A stretch of DNA of 48,885 nt from a virus: UHGV virus genome UHGV-0858861. One strand, written 5' to 3'. Shown here piece by piece: positions 10,630-21,113 of this stretch. The notes under the pieces were generated by a model. That model made no database searches, was not told the DNA's origin, and worked only from the letters and a program-made list of their open reading frames with translations. Made by a program: the position numbers and the translations under genes. The stretch's first letter is position 1, and each line of letters opens with the position of its first letter.

Positions 10630-11151
10630 TTGAGCAATCAAATTCCTGAGAGACTTATTAACTTTACAGTATACGGTGAGGGAAACCGTATTATAGGTGT
10701 TGCTGACGCAAAGCTGCCATCAATTGAGATGATGACAGAAACTGTTAGTGGTGCAGGTATCGCTGGAGAGCTTGAGAGCGGAACGCTGGGGCATTTCAAA
10801 CCAATGACTGTCTCTCTTAAATGGCGAACTCTGACCTCTGCTGGTACAAAATTATTTCTATCCTCATCGCATCAGGTAGATTTTCGCGGTAGCCAGCAGG
10901 TTTATGATGCAGGAACAGGAAAATATAAAACGGTTCCTATTCGGGCTTCAATGAAGCTAAACCCTAAAAAACTGGATTTAGGTTCGCTACAGGTGGCAAA
11001 GGCTACTGATTCAGAGAATGAATTTGAAGTTCTCTATATCAAATTATTTATTGATGGAAAAGAAGTCCTAGAAATTGATAAGTTGAACTTTATTTGTATC
11101 TTTGATGGTGAAGATATATTAAAAAGCGTTCGTGATGATTTAGGTTTATAA
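10630..11151 (+). CDS. tail tube protein (P2 FII-like)
   Basis: 173-aa ORF directly after sheath gene. Confidence 0.65.
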   Translation: MSNQIPERLINFTVYGEGNRIIGVADAKLPSIEMMTETVSGAGIAGELESGTLGHFKPMTVSLKWRTLTSAGTKLFLSSSHQVDFRGSQQVYDAGTGKYKTVPIRASMKLNPKKLDLGSLQVAKATDSENEFEVLYIKLFIDGKEVLEIDKLNFICIFDGEDILKSVRDDLGL

Positions 11152-11160
11152 GGTGACAAA

Positions 11161-11442
11161 ATGGAAACCGTTAAATTAAGTAAAGAATATCGTTTTGAAG
11201 ACTTTGAGCCGGTGACTGAACTCAACCTTGATTTAGATAACCTAAAAGGCAGTGATATTTTAGAGGTATCGGACTTACTGCAATCTCAAGGGCATGTTTC
11301 AGTTCAAACATCACTTGATAATAAAGTCCATGCAGCCTTAGCTGCTCGCTGTATTGGTCGTCCAATAGAGTATCTGAATGGATTACCAGCGAAAGACTTT
11401 GTTAAAGTTTGTCAAAAGGTACAGAATTTTTTGCTCTCGTAG
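11161..11442 (+). CDS. tail assembly chaperone (short form)
   Basis: 93-aa ORF immediately upstream of tape measure; contains slippery heptamer T_TTT_TTG at 11427-11433 near its 3' end. Confidence 0.6.
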   Translation: METVKLSKEYRFEDFEPVTELNLDLDNLKGSDILEVSDLLQSQGHVSVQTSLDNKVHAALAARCIGRPIEYLNGLPAKDFVKVCQKVQNFLLS

Positions 11443-11591
11443 GTTTTGATGAGCAAAAACCTATTGATAAGCAAATAATGAGGGCCGCGAGTTCTCTATC
11501 TCAATCATCTCAATCAACACCTATATCCTACTGGCTTTCGCTTCGGTTGAGGCGAATCGTCGCATGGATTGACGTGTTTAATGAGGATTAA
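11409..11591 (+). CDS. -1 frameshift extension of tail assembly chaperone (long form C-terminus)
   Basis: ORF in the -1 frame overlapping the 3' end of 11161-11442; slippage at TTTTTTG would read ...FFALVGFDEQ... to the stop at 11591. Confidence 0.5.
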   Translation: MSKGTEFFALVGFDEQKPIDKQIMRAASSLSQSSQSTPISYWLSLRLRRIVAWIDVFNED

Positions 11592-11596
11592 TACTA

Positions 11597-14389
11597 ATGG
11601 CCAGCAATAAGAACTTTAAGCTGGCTTTTGAAATTGGCGGCAAAGTTGCCGCCTCTCTCCCCAAAAGTTTTACTACAGCTAATCAGGCTGTTGCTAAATT
11701 AAATGCAGAGCTTGCTGGATTAACGAAAGAACATGGGGAAATTCAAAAGCTACAATCTGTAAAAGTAAAGGTTGGACAGACTGCCCTCGAATATCATAAA
11801 GCTGCTGCTCGCGTTGAAGAGTTACAGAAGCAAATAAAAAACACGGCCAATCCAACCAGAGCGATGCTTCGTGACTTTGAGAAGGCAAAAACACATTCAT
11901 CAAATTTACGAGCATCACTACGTTCTCAGCGTGAAGAACTGGCCGCTTTAAAGTCTGCGTATCAGGGAGCTGATACATCTGCCAGAGCTTTAGCCTCAAG
12001 AGAGAAAGAGCTTAAAGCAAGCATTGATCGTAATCGTGAGGCTCAGGCCCGTAGCGTTGAGCAGGTTAACCGCTACAGAACGGCTTTGGCTTTAGCCAGA
12101 GCAAATGTTCAGCAAGTGAAAAAACAGCAGGAGGAACTTAACCGGGCATTAGAAAAACAACGTATTGATAAAATTAACAGCTATAAAAATGCGTTGGCTG
12201 AAGCACGGAAAAATGTTCTTGCAGTAAAACGTGCTCAGGAGGAGTTAAATCGCGCGTTGGAAAGGCAGCGTGAATTGAAGCGAGAGCATCTTGGTGAGGC
12301 AAAGAGTCAACTTGTAAGGTCAGGATTACAAACTGGTGCTGTAGCGGCTGGTGCATTTGCTGCTGCTAACAATGCAGCAAATTTCAATCGTGAAAACAAA
12401 ATGATTGGTCTTACGGCAGATATGAAGCCGGAAGAAGTTCAGGCGATGGGGCAGGCGATGCTTGTTACCGGAACGGCCACCAACCAGTTTGCATCTGATA
12501 TTCAGGCCGCTCAGGGTTTTCTCGTCGCTGCTGGGCAGGATTATAAAGAGGCTCAGGCGAATCTACTAACTATTGGGCGAACAGCTACAGCTACTGGCTC
12601 TGATATCCTCGATGTCTCGAAAGCATCATTTACATTAAGTGACTCATTGAAGATTGATCCATCTCAAATGAAGTCTGCAATGGGGATTCTGGTTCAGGCA
12701 GGGAAAGAGGGAAACTTTGAATTTAAAGATATGGCCAAAAATCTTCCTGTGCTTGGTGCTCAGTTCCAGGCATTAAAAATGGGAGGTAAAGAAGCCGCCG
12801 CGACGATGGGGGCAGCTTTGCAGATAGCTCGCAAAGGTGCTGCAACTTCGGATGAGGCTGCTAATAATATGAACAACTTTTTGGCGAAAATACTTTCCCC
12901 TGAAACACTAAAAAAAGCAAAGAAAAATTTCGGTGTAGATTTATATAAAATTGTCACAACAGCGCAGAAAAAAGGGAAGAATCCATTCGAAGCTGCAATG
13001 CATTCTGTCATGAAAATGACTAAGAACGGAGATCAGAAGTTACTTGGTGAGCTATTTGGCGATATGCAGGTTCAGAACTTTGTTCGTCCGATGATTCAAA
13101 ACTGGAAGGAATACCAGAGAATCAAAGCAACATCTCTTGGGGCTGGAAGTGCTGTTATTGACCGCGATTTTGCCAACATAACGAAAGACAATGCGGAGCG
13201 ATTGAAACAATTACGTATTCAGGCTAGCAATGCATCATTAAGTTTTGGTCAGGCCTTGCAACCAGCTTTGAATGCCGCGCTTAGTGTTTTGGTTCCGCTG
13301 ATTACAAAAATTAGTGAATTTGTAGCTAACAACCCCAATTTTGTGTCTCAGATTGTGATGGCGGCAGGTGCGTTTCTAACCATGAAAAGTGTGGTTATAG
13401 CGTGTAGGGTAGCTATGCTGGCTTTATCTGTAGCGACAAAGCTAACACCCTTCGGGTGGATTCAGATGGCTATATCTGCACTGGTTGCCGCAGGAATATT
13501 GCTCTATCAGAATTGGGATAAGATCAGAGATTATGCTGTCAGAGTTTGGCCTTCTGTTAAGGAATATACAGTTAAATCATTTGAGGCTATAAAAAACTTT
13601 ATCTTAAACTTTGACCTCAATGGATGGATTATATCTATGTTTGGTAAAGCATGGGATTATCTTTCCAACATAAACTGGAGTTCGGCAGGAGTAAGAATTT
13701 ACAGTACATTAATTAGTGCTTTTAAATGGATGGCTCCGCTTCCGTTCTTAATTAAAGCATTTAAACTTACAACAAATTACCTTTCTGGCATTAACTGGAG
13801 CGAAACAGGAAAGAAAATCATAGATACACTGGTATCTGTTTTTATGCGTTTTTCACCAGTTGGACTCTTTATAAGAGCATTCCAATCTGTAACGGCTTAT
13901 TTATCTGGAATAAACTGGAGTGAGTCAGGTGCAAAAATAATTGAGACGTTAATCACTGGGATAAAATCAAAAGCAAATGCTTTAATTAATGAAGTGAAAG
14001 GCGTTTTTTCTTCTGTACGTGAGTATTTACCGTTCTCTGACGCGAAAAAAGGTCCATTCTCACAGCTAACAAAGTCAGGTGGTGCAATAATGACTACTCT
14101 GGCATCAGGTGTTAGCAGGAATAACAGCTTACAGAATGCAATAGCAACCAAGTTCGGGCAATCAAATTTATCACCTCACGGGATATCTGCCGCCTGGACT
14201 TCTGGACCTCGCCAGAACGTTAACGCTGTGACTGGTGGAATAACCTATTCACCTGTAATCAATCTTCCGGCTGGTTCACCAAAGGAAACTGAGGCGGCAG
14301 CTAAAAGAGCATTAGATGCGGGATATTCTGATTTTGAGAAGAAATTGAGTGCTCATATGTTCCAACAACGGAGATTAAGTTTTGGATGA
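11597..14389 (+). CDS. tail tape measure protein
   Basis: 930-aa ORF; coiled-coil-like Ala/Gln/Lys/Arg-rich N-terminal half with internal repeats, hydrophobic segment, and repeated ...YLSGINWSE... motifs near the C-terminus. Confidence 0.85.
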   Translation: MASNKNFKLAFEIGGKVAASLPKSFTTANQAVAKLNAELAGLTKEHGEIQKLQSVKVKVGQTALEYHKAAARVEELQKQIKNTANPTRAMLRDFEKAKTHSSNLRASLRSQREELAALKSAYQGADTSARALASREKELKASIDRNREAQARSVEQVNRYRTALALARANVQQVKKQQEELNRALEKQRIDKINSYKNALAEARKNVLAVKRAQEELNRALERQRELKREHLGEAKSQLVRSGLQTGAVAAGAFAAANNAANFNRENKMIGLTADMKPEEVQAMGQAMLVTGTATNQFASDIQAAQGFLVAAGQDYKEAQANLLTIGRTATATGSDILDVSKASFTLSDSLKIDPSQMKSAMGILVQAGKEGNFEFKDMAKNLPVLGAQFQALKMGGKEAAATMGAALQIARKGAATSDEAANNMNNFLAKILSPETLKKAKKNFGVDLYKIVTTAQKKGKNPFEAAMHSVMKMTKNGDQKLLGELFGDMQVQNFVRPMIQNWKEYQRIKATSLGAGSAVIDRDFANITKDNAERLKQLRIQASNASLSFGQALQPALNAALSVLVPLITKISEFVANNPNFVSQIVMAAGAFLTMKSVVIACRVAMLALSVATKLTPFGWIQMAISALVAAGILLYQNWDKIRDYAVRVWPSVKEYTVKSFEAIKNFILNFDLNGWIISMFGKAWDYLSNINWSSAGVRIYSTLISAFKWMAPLPFLIKAFKLTTNYLSGINWSETGKKIIDTLVSVFMRFSPVGLFIRAFQSVTAYLSGINWSESGAKIIETLITGIKSKANALINEVKGVFSSVREYLPFSDAKKGPFSQLTKSGGAIMTTLASGVSRNNSLQNAIATKFGQSNLSPHGISAAWTSGPRQNVNAVTGGITYSPVINLPAGSPKETEAAAKRALDAGYSDFEKKLSAHMFQQRRLSFG

Positions 14390-14600
14390 TTATAGAACGG
14401 TTCAAGGGGACTCATGGGATAGTATCGCGTTAAAGTTGTATGGTAATGAGTACCTGTCTTATCTTCTTATTGATGCTAATACTGAGCACCGCTTCACGGT
14501 GCTTTTTTCTGCGGGAATTATTCTTAAAGTTCCTGATGCTCCGGTTATGCCAATATCAGTAAACAATTTGCCTCCGTGGAGACGCAATAGTGTTACGTAA
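14382..14600 (+). CDS. tail protein X-like (LysM-like)
   Basis: 72-aa ORF with the P2 gpX-type pattern (TVQGDSWDSIALKLYG...). Confidence 0.5.
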   Translation: MDDYRTVQGDSWDSIALKLYGNEYLSYLLIDANTEHRFTVLFSAGIILKVPDAPVMPISVNNLPPWRRNSVT

Positions 14601-15591
14601 AACGCTTTTTGATGTTATATATCAGAATGTAAATATTACCGCTTATATGTCACCTGATGTTTTGTCAATGTCTTATACAGATAATGAAGATGGTCAGGTC
14701 GATGATATTTCTATTATATTAAAAAATGATGATGGGAAATGGTCTGGAGACTGGACACCTAAAAAGGGTGATTTTATTGATTTGAGCTTTAAGCCTATAA
14801 ATCAAATCGTCCTTGAGTGCGGGAAATTCCAGGTAGATGGCATAACTTGCTCTGGACCACCTTCTGTTGTTGAGGTGACTGCTGTTTCTGTTCCTGTTTC
14901 ATCAGGCATTAGACGTGATTTAAAAAGTAATGCATGGGAAAAAACAACTCTTAAAGATATAGCAACTTCTATAGCTAAATTAGCTAACCTTGAACTGTTG
15001 TTTCTTATTGATGGTGATAGTAATCCATATTATGCGCGTGAAGATCAAATGGAGGAAAGCGATTTAAAATTTCTCCATCGACTTTGCCAGGATGAAGGGT
15101 TGTCGTTAAAGGTCACTGATAGCCAATTAATAATATTTGCTCAAGAGATGTTTGAGCAAAAAGATCCTATCGCTACGCTTACGTTAGGTATTGATGAGAT
15201 AATCAGATATAGCTTTAGCACACAATCTACAGATTTGTATAAAAGTTGCACGTGCAAATATCGCGTACCTAAAAAAAGAAAGTCGCTTTCGTATACTTGG
15301 GTAGATCCATCCGTAGAAGAAGGGTCGAATCTTAAGATAAGAAAACTGGTAGCTAATTTAAATGAAGCAAAACGTAAGGCAAAGGCTGCTTTGCGGCTTA
15401 AAAATAGATATCAAAATACAGGATCTTTAGTATTGGTTGGAGACACCAGATTGGTAGCTGGTGTAACTATAAATCTGGACGGATTCGGTTCATTTTCTGG
15501 AAAATATCTTATATCGAAAGCTGTGCATTCAATTGGGGCTAGTGGTTATACCACCTCGATTGATGTCCGAAGAGTAATTAATGGGTATTAA
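14590..15591 (+). CDS. tail protein D-like (late control D family)
   Basis: 333-aa ORF after the X-like gene, size and synteny of P2 gpD / Mu gpP-type proteins. Confidence 0.55.
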   Translation: MLRKTLFDVIYQNVNITAYMSPDVLSMSYTDNEDGQVDDISIILKNDDGKWSGDWTPKKGDFIDLSFKPINQIVLECGKFQVDGITCSGPPSVVEVTAVSVPVSSGIRRDLKSNAWEKTTLKDIATSIAKLANLELLFLIDGDSNPYYAREDQMEESDLKFLHRLCQDEGLSLKVTDSQLIIFAQEMFEQKDPIATLTLGIDEIIRYSFSTQSTDLYKSCTCKYRVPKKRKSLSYTWVDPSVEEGSNLKIRKLVANLNEAKRKAKAALRLKNRYQNTGSLVLVGDTRLVAGVTINLDGFGSFSGKYLISKAVHSIGASGYTTSIDVRRVINGY

Positions 15592-15593
15592 TT

Positions 15594-16214
15594 ATGAATG
15601 ATTTAGAAACATTATTACGTCAGACTATAAGAGTTGGCGTTGTTTCTGATATTGATGATGGTGATGTTACAGCAAGAGTTACTTTCGATGATCAGGATAA
15701 TGTCACTTCGGCAAAGTTATCAGTTATTGTGAAAAATACGGATAAGAATGCTGATTACTGGATGCCAGATATTGGTGAGCAAGTTTTGTGTATCTTTCAT
15801 CCCGCAGGGCCGCAACAAGGTTTTATTCTTGGTAGTTTTTATGATGAAACACAGAAGCCACCATCTAATACGGTTAATAAACGCGTCATTAGATTTAATA
15901 ACGGAACTCGTATTGAGGTAGACAGAGAATCTAATTTACTCCTTGTTGATGCTGTCGGAGATGTAACCGTTAAGGCTACAGGAACCGTAACTATTGATGC
16001 TCCAGAAACCATCATTACCGGAAATGCTACAGTTGAAGGATTACTAACCTTCAAAGGTGGAATGAAAGGATCTTCTGCTGGAGGTGTTGCAGCTACAATT
16101 TCTGGGGATGTTAAGGTTGTTGGTGGTGATATAGATGTTGATGGGATTAAATCTAAAGGCCACCATCACACAGCTCAGGGGGAATACGCTCCGACAACGG
16201 AGGCTCAGGCATGA
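15594..16214 (+). CDS. baseplate spike/assembly protein V-like
   Basis: 206-aa ORF with Gly-rich beta-helix-like C-terminus (VVGGDIDVDGIKSKGHHHT). Confidence 0.55.
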   Translation: MNDLETLLRQTIRVGVVSDIDDGDVTARVTFDDQDNVTSAKLSVIVKNTDKNADYWMPDIGEQVLCIFHPAGPQQGFILGSFYDETQKPPSNTVNKRVIRFNNGTRIEVDRESNLLLVDAVGDVTVKATGTVTIDAPETIITGNATVEGLLTFKGGMKGSSAGGVAATISGDVKVVGGDIDVDGIKSKGHHHTAQGEYAPTTEAQA

Positions 16215-16678
16215 TTGTGGGTATGCTTGGTACAATGCCTTTTGTTGCCTCATCAATAGTGGTGAATACGTTCAACAATTTTAAAAGGACGTCAAAGCGT
16301 CGTGTAGCGCGCCATGATGTTATTGGGCTTAAACCTGTTCTGGAGGATATAGGTCCAGATCTGGATGAAGTTAGTTTTAATATGCGGTTGGATACAACAC
16401 TTGGCATTGTTCCATTGGCTGCGCTTTCATTACTTAGGACAATGCAATCAATTCAGGAAGTAAATCCTGTTGTAATTGGTATTCAGTATTTTGGTAATTT
16501 TATAATTACAGATATAGAGGAATCATGGACTTATTTCGGTCCAACTGGGAATCCACGAGTGATTATCGTCGGCATTAAATTACAGGAAGTCGGACAGACC
16601 TCTCTGAAAGAAGCATTAGTTGATATTGCTGGCAATATAGAGTCAAAAACTAGAAGTGCGTTAGGTAAATTATTATGA
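16211..16678 (+). CDS. putative baseplate/tail protein
   Basis: 155-aa ORF, translationally coupled within the baseplate cluster. Confidence 0.4.
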   Translation: MIVGMLGTMPFVASSIVVNTFNNFKRTSKRRVARHDVIGLKPVLEDIGPDLDEVSFNMRLDTTLGIVPLAALSLLRTMQSIQEVNPVVIGIQYFGNFIITDIEESWTYFGPTGNPRVIIVGIKLQEVGQTSLKEALVDIAGNIESKTRSALGKLL

Positions 16679-16995
16679 ATAATACGTTTACCATATCATC
16701 ACCTTCTTACTCGATTGATTGGTCGCCCAAAACAGTTGTAGAAGAAGTTTTGCAAAATGTCTCTACTATTATTAATACTCAGATTGGCACTGTACCATAT
16801 GCCAGAAAATTAGGAGTTAATTCAAGTCTTGTTGACAGCCCCAGCCCAATTTTTATTGCTACAGCAACACGAGAAATAATTCAAAAAATTAGTGAGTTTG
16901 AGCCTAGAGCGATTATCCATTCTGTTACTTTTGAAAGAACGGACGTTTCTGATGGTTTTATTAGGCCAAAACTTGTGATAGGAGTTAGAGAATGA
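16675..16995 (+). CDS. baseplate protein W (GPW/gp25-like)
   Basis: 106-aa ORF, size and synteny immediately upstream of the J-like gene. Confidence 0.6.
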   Translation: MNNTFTISSPSYSIDWSPKTVVEEVLQNVSTIINTQIGTVPYARKLGVNSSLVDSPSPIFIATATREIIQKISEFEPRAIIHSVTFERTDVSDGFIRPKLVIGVRE

Positions 16996-18116
16996 CGTTG
17001 CCGCGCGGTGGTTTGCCAGATATTACTTTCGCAGATTCTAACCCGACTGATATAACAACTCGTTCAATCAGGGCTTTTGAGAGTATAACAGGTGAAACAT
17101 TAGCACCTGCTGATCCACGTAGATTATTCATCTTGTCATTGTGTGAGATTATTATACAGCAAAGAAAAGCTATCGATTTTTCTGCAAAACAAAACCTTCT
17201 TACATATGGTGGGGGTGAATATCTCGATCATATAGGCTATCTGACGGATACGCCTAGGCTGGAAGCTCAATCTGCCTTGACTACATTTGAGTTTAATCTG
17301 TCAACAAAATTATCGGGGATATATACAATACCTTCTGGCACTCAAGTTTCAACTGGAAATGGTGTTATTTTCCAAACAGATGTTTTGTTGGAAATACCTG
17401 CTGGGAAAACAGTTGGTACAGTCTCAGGATATGCTGTTATACCTGGTTTATCGGGGAATGGCTTTTTACTAGGGCAAATAAATGAGTTGGTGACTCCGTT
17501 GCCGTATGTTTCCAGCGTAAGGAATCTAACAACATCTAATTCTGGTGCTGATACAGAGTCAGATGATAATTATGCTGAAAGAATAAAACTGTCGCCGGAA
17601 AAACTGTCTACAGCAGGGCCGGAGGATTCTTATAAATATTGGGCAAGAACAGCCAATCAGAATATAAAAGATGTGAATGTATATACACCATCGCCCGGAA
17701 CTGTAGAAATCCGTTCTTTGTTAGAGAACGGAGATATACCTTCTGATGAACTATTGGAGCAGATAAATAGCGTTCTCTCTGCAACTAATATTCGACCATT
17801 CACAGATAAAGTTCTTGTTAAGAAACCAGAGAGCATTGAATACGATATAATAATTAAATACTGGATTAACTCATCGGACAAAAACAGAACAACATTAATT
17901 CAAAGTGAGGTTGAGAAAGCTATTGATGAGTATAAACAATGGCAACGTTCGGTTATGGGAAGAGATATAAATCCTGATGAAATTATTCAACGTTTAAAAA
18001 ATGCCGGGGCTAAAAGATTAGAAATATCAAGTCCTGTATTTACTGTGGTTGGAGAGACGCAGGTCGCCAGAGAGAGAAATGTAAATTGCCAGTATGCGGG
18101 GTTAGAGGATGGCTGA
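16992..18116 (+). CDS. baseplate protein J-like
   Basis: 374-aa ORF following the W-like gene. Confidence 0.65.
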   Translation: MTLPRGGLPDITFADSNPTDITTRSIRAFESITGETLAPADPRRLFILSLCEIIIQQRKAIDFSAKQNLLTYGGGEYLDHIGYLTDTPRLEAQSALTTFEFNLSTKLSGIYTIPSGTQVSTGNGVIFQTDVLLEIPAGKTVGTVSGYAVIPGLSGNGFLLGQINELVTPLPYVSSVRNLTTSNSGADTESDDNYAERIKLSPEKLSTAGPEDSYKYWARTANQNIKDVNVYTPSPGTVEIRSLLENGDIPSDELLEQINSVLSATNIRPFTDKVLVKKPESIEYDIIIKYWINSSDKNRTTLIQSEVEKAIDEYKQWQRSVMGRDINPDEIIQRLKNAGAKRLEISSPVFTVVGETQVARERNVNCQYAGLEDG

Positions 18117-18690
18117 TATCTTTAATGTTAGCTTGTTGGATGTTTTACCTCCTAACTTAGCTAGAGATCCCAACGTGATAGCTATGTCGAAAGCTATCGA
18201 TGATGAACTACAAGCAATTAACAATTTAATATATAAGACAGAAATATATAGCGTTGTTGATAACCTGGACTCAGTTGTTCTCGATCATTTAGCCTGGCAA
18301 TGGAATGCTGATACATGGAGGGATAGTTGGCCTGTATCGTTAAAGCGTTCTGTTTTTAAATCAATAATACGAACAAAGCGAATAAAGGGTACAAGGGCAG
18401 CGGTTGAAGGTGTAGTAAATAGCTTGGGTGGAGAGGTAAACATAACAGAATGGTTTGAAACATCACCACCTGGCGAACCATATACAGCCTCAATTGTTGC
18501 TTCGATTAACTCTTTTGATGGTGCCGTTCCTTCGAAAGAGATGTTGGAAGATACGTTAAGAAGTATCAAGAGCGCAAAGTCGGCAAGAACATTATTTACA
18601 TTTTCGCAAGCTGCCAATGTTTCTGGTGGTGTTGGTATTGTTGGTGCTTGTCAGCCGGTGTCCTATGTACGATTAATTGGCGAGTGCTAA
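18109..18690 (+). CDS. tail protein I-like
   Basis: 193-aa ORF between the J-like gene and the tail fibre. Confidence 0.5.
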   Translation: MADIFNVSLLDVLPPNLARDPNVIAMSKAIDDELQAINNLIYKTEIYSVVDNLDSVVLDHLAWQWNADTWRDSWPVSLKRSVFKSIIRTKRIKGTRAAVEGVVNSLGGEVNITEWFETSPPGEPYTASIVASINSFDGAVPSKEMLEDTLRSIKSAKSARTLFTFSQAANVSGGVGIVGACQPVSYVRLIGEC

Positions 18691-18720
18691 TTCGCAATTT
18701 GTTAATTCAAGGAATTAAGC

Positions 18721-20511
18721 GTGAGTAAATTATTATTTACGATGACTGACGCCGGGCGTCAGGAGTTGGTTAATGCCAACAAAACAGGAACAAATAAAGT
18801 TGAGATTGTTTCTGTTGGTTTAGGTAGTAGATATTATGTCACGTCAACCTCACAAACAAATATAACAGACGAAATAAAACGACTTACCACAATAGGTGGC
18901 AAAGTTGTTTCCCCTGATACAATTCATGTAACGGCGAAGGATGATAGTAAAGATGAGTATGTTGTCCATACAATAGGATTGTATACAAATAAGGGAAGGT
19001 TGTTTGCTGTATACTCGCAAGAACAAGCAATAATAAATAAAGCATCATCTACTATTGCTTTAATATCAAGTGACATAGCAATTAAGACTCTTGATACTAA
19101 AAATATTACATTTGGTGATATTGAGTTTATTAATCCTCCCGCGACCGAAACTGTTGTTGGGGTTGCAAGATTTGCTAATGAACAAGAAATTGATGCAGGT
19201 ACAGATGATTCCCTTGCTGTTTCAGCAAAGCGGCTTAAGCAAGCCATTGTGAAACATGAGCAATCACGTAATCATCCTGATGCAACTTTAACCTCAAAAG
19301 GCTTTGTTCAACTTAGCAGCGCCACCAATAGCACGTCTGAAACGCTTGCTGCGACGCCTAAGGCTGTTAAGGCAGCATATGACCTGGCTAACGCTAAATA
19401 CACCGCACAGGACGCTACCACGGCGCGAAAAGGGATTGTTCAGCTTAGTAGCGCAACTAACAGCGATTCTGAGACGCTGGCAGCAACGCCAAAGGCGGTA
19501 AAGGCAGCATATGACCTTGCTAACGCTAAATACACCGCACAGGACGCTACCACAGCGCGAAAAGGGATTGTTCAGCTCAGTAGCGCCACCAACAGCACGT
19601 CTGAAACACTGGCCGCGACATCAAAAGCTGTAAAGGTGGTAATGGATGAAACGAACAAGAAAGCGCCCCTGAACAGTCCGGCGCTGAGCGGAACACCAAC
19701 AACACCAACGGCGACTAAGGGAACGAATAACACTCAGATCGCAAGCACAGCTTTCGTTATGGCTGCGATTGCTGAACTTGTAGATTCGTCACCTGATGCA
19801 CTGAACACGCTGAACGAACTGGCTGCGGCGCTGGGCAATGACCCGAATTTTGCGACCACCATGACTAACGCGCTTGCGGGTAAGCAACCGAAGGATGCCA
19901 CCCTGACGGCGCTGGCGGAGCTTGCTACATCAGCAGATAAACTCCCATATTTTACAGGGGCAGATCGTGCCGCGTTAACCGCGTTGACAAGTGTTGGACG
20001 TGCCATTCTTGGTAAAACCAGCACTCAGGGCGTTCTTGATTACCTTGGTTTGGGAGAAGGCTCTGCATTACCGGTTGGTGTGCCTGTTCCGTGGCCTTCA
20101 GCCACACCACCGACAGGCTGGCTGAAATGCAATGGTGCGGCTTTTTCTGCTGAACAATACCCGGAACTGGCAAAGGCTTATCCGACAAATAAATTGCCTG
20201 ATTTACGCGGCGAATTCATTCGTGGCTGGGATGACGGGCGCGGAATTGATACCGGACGTGAGATGCTTTCATATCAGGAAGGCACTATCGTATCCGGGTT
20301 TGATGATAATGATACCGGAGATATCAGTTCACTCAGCTCTACACAATACGGATTTGGTGACACTTTAACCTCTAATCAATGGGCGTCCATAAGTGGCAAA
20401 AGGTGGATATTTGATGCATCCAACAAAGGTGCACAAAAATATGACTGGTGGGCTTATGTTTCAGCTCGCCCGCGCAATATTGCATTTAATTACATCGTGA
20501 GGGCCGCCTGA
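18721..20511 (+). CDS. tail fibre protein (constant N-terminal part plus current C-terminal variable cassette)
   Basis: 596-aa ORF; three tandem ~40-aa repeats (...VQLSSATNS.SETLAATPKAVKAAYDLANAKYTAQDATTARKGI...); 3' end lies inside the invertible segment. Confidence 0.8.
   Translation: MSKLLFTMTDAGRQELVNANKTGTNKVEIVSVGLGSRYYVTSTSQTNITDEIKRLTTIGGKVVSPDTIHVTAKDDSKDEYVVHTIGLYTNKGRLFAVYSQEQAIINKASSTIALISSDIAIKTLDTKNITFGDIEFINPPATETVVGVARFANEQEIDAGTDDSLAVSAKRLKQAIVKHEQSRNHPDATLTSKGFVQLSSATNSTSETLAATPKAVKAAYDLANAKYTAQDATTARKGIVQLSSATNSDSETLAATPKAVKAAYDLANAKYTAQDATTARKGIVQLSSATNSTSETLAATSKAVKVVMDETNKKAPLNSPALSGTPTTPTATKGTNNTQIASTAFVMAAIAELVDSSPDALNTLNELAAALGNDPNFATTMTNALAGKQPKDATLTALAELATSADKLPYFTGADRAALTALTSVGRAILGKTSTQGVLDYLGLGEGSALPVGVPVPWPSATPPTGWLKCNGAAFSAEQYPELAKAYPTNKLPDLRGEFIRGWDDGRGIDTGREMLSYQEGTIVSGFDDNDTGDISSLSSTQYGFGDTLTSNQWASISGKRWIFDASNKGAQKYDWWAYVSARPRNIAFNYIVRAA
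19297..19630 (+). repeat. tandem ~120-bp repeats (about 2.7 copies) within the tail fibre gene
   Basis: Near-identical DNA and protein repeats visible at about 19300-19420, 19420-19540 and 19540-19630. Confidence 0.8.
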
Positions 20512-21113
20512 TGAATAAAGCTGTATTAAATAACGAACTCATTGCCATAAAAGCGGGAGATATTACCGTTTATAATTATGATGGTGAAACGAGGGAATAT
20601 ATTTCCACATCAACCGAATATCTTGCTGTCGGCGTCAGTATCCCGGCATGTTCTTGTCTGGGGGCACCTGGTACACATAAAACTGGTTATGCAATCTGCC
20701 GCTCTGTGGATTTAAATTCATGGGAATATGTACCAGACCATCGCGGTGAAATCGTCTATAGCACCGAAACGGGAGATGCCAAAGAAATCACATCTCCGGG
20801 TGATTACCCTGAAAATACAACCACTATCGCCCCGTTAACGCCATACGATAAATGGGATGGTGAGAAATGGGTGACCGATACTGAGGCACAGCATAGCGCC
20901 GCAGTCGAAGCGGCAGAAGCACAGCGCCAGTCGCTGATTGATGCTGCAATGGCTTCCATCAGTCTGATTCAGCTGAAATTACGGGCCGGGCGGAAGCTGA
21001 CGCAGGCAGAAACCACCCGACTTAACGCTGTGCTGGATTACATTGACGCGGTGGAGGCAACAGATACCAGCACCGCGCCTGATGTCATCTGGCCTGAACT
21101 GCCGGAGGCGTAG
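20511..21113 (+). CDS. tail fibre assembly protein (current orientation)
   Basis: 200-aa ORF immediately after the fibre gene, inside the invertible segment. Confidence 0.65.
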   Translation: MNKAVLNNELIAIKAGDITVYNYDGETREYISTSTEYLAVGVSIPACSCLGAPGTHKTGYAICRSVDLNSWEYVPDHRGEIVYSTETGDAKEITSPGDYPENTTTIAPLTPYDKWDGEKWVTDTEAQHSAAVEAAEAQRQSLIDAAMASISLIQLKLRAGRKLTQAETTRLNAVLDYIDAVEATDTSTAPDVIWPELPEA

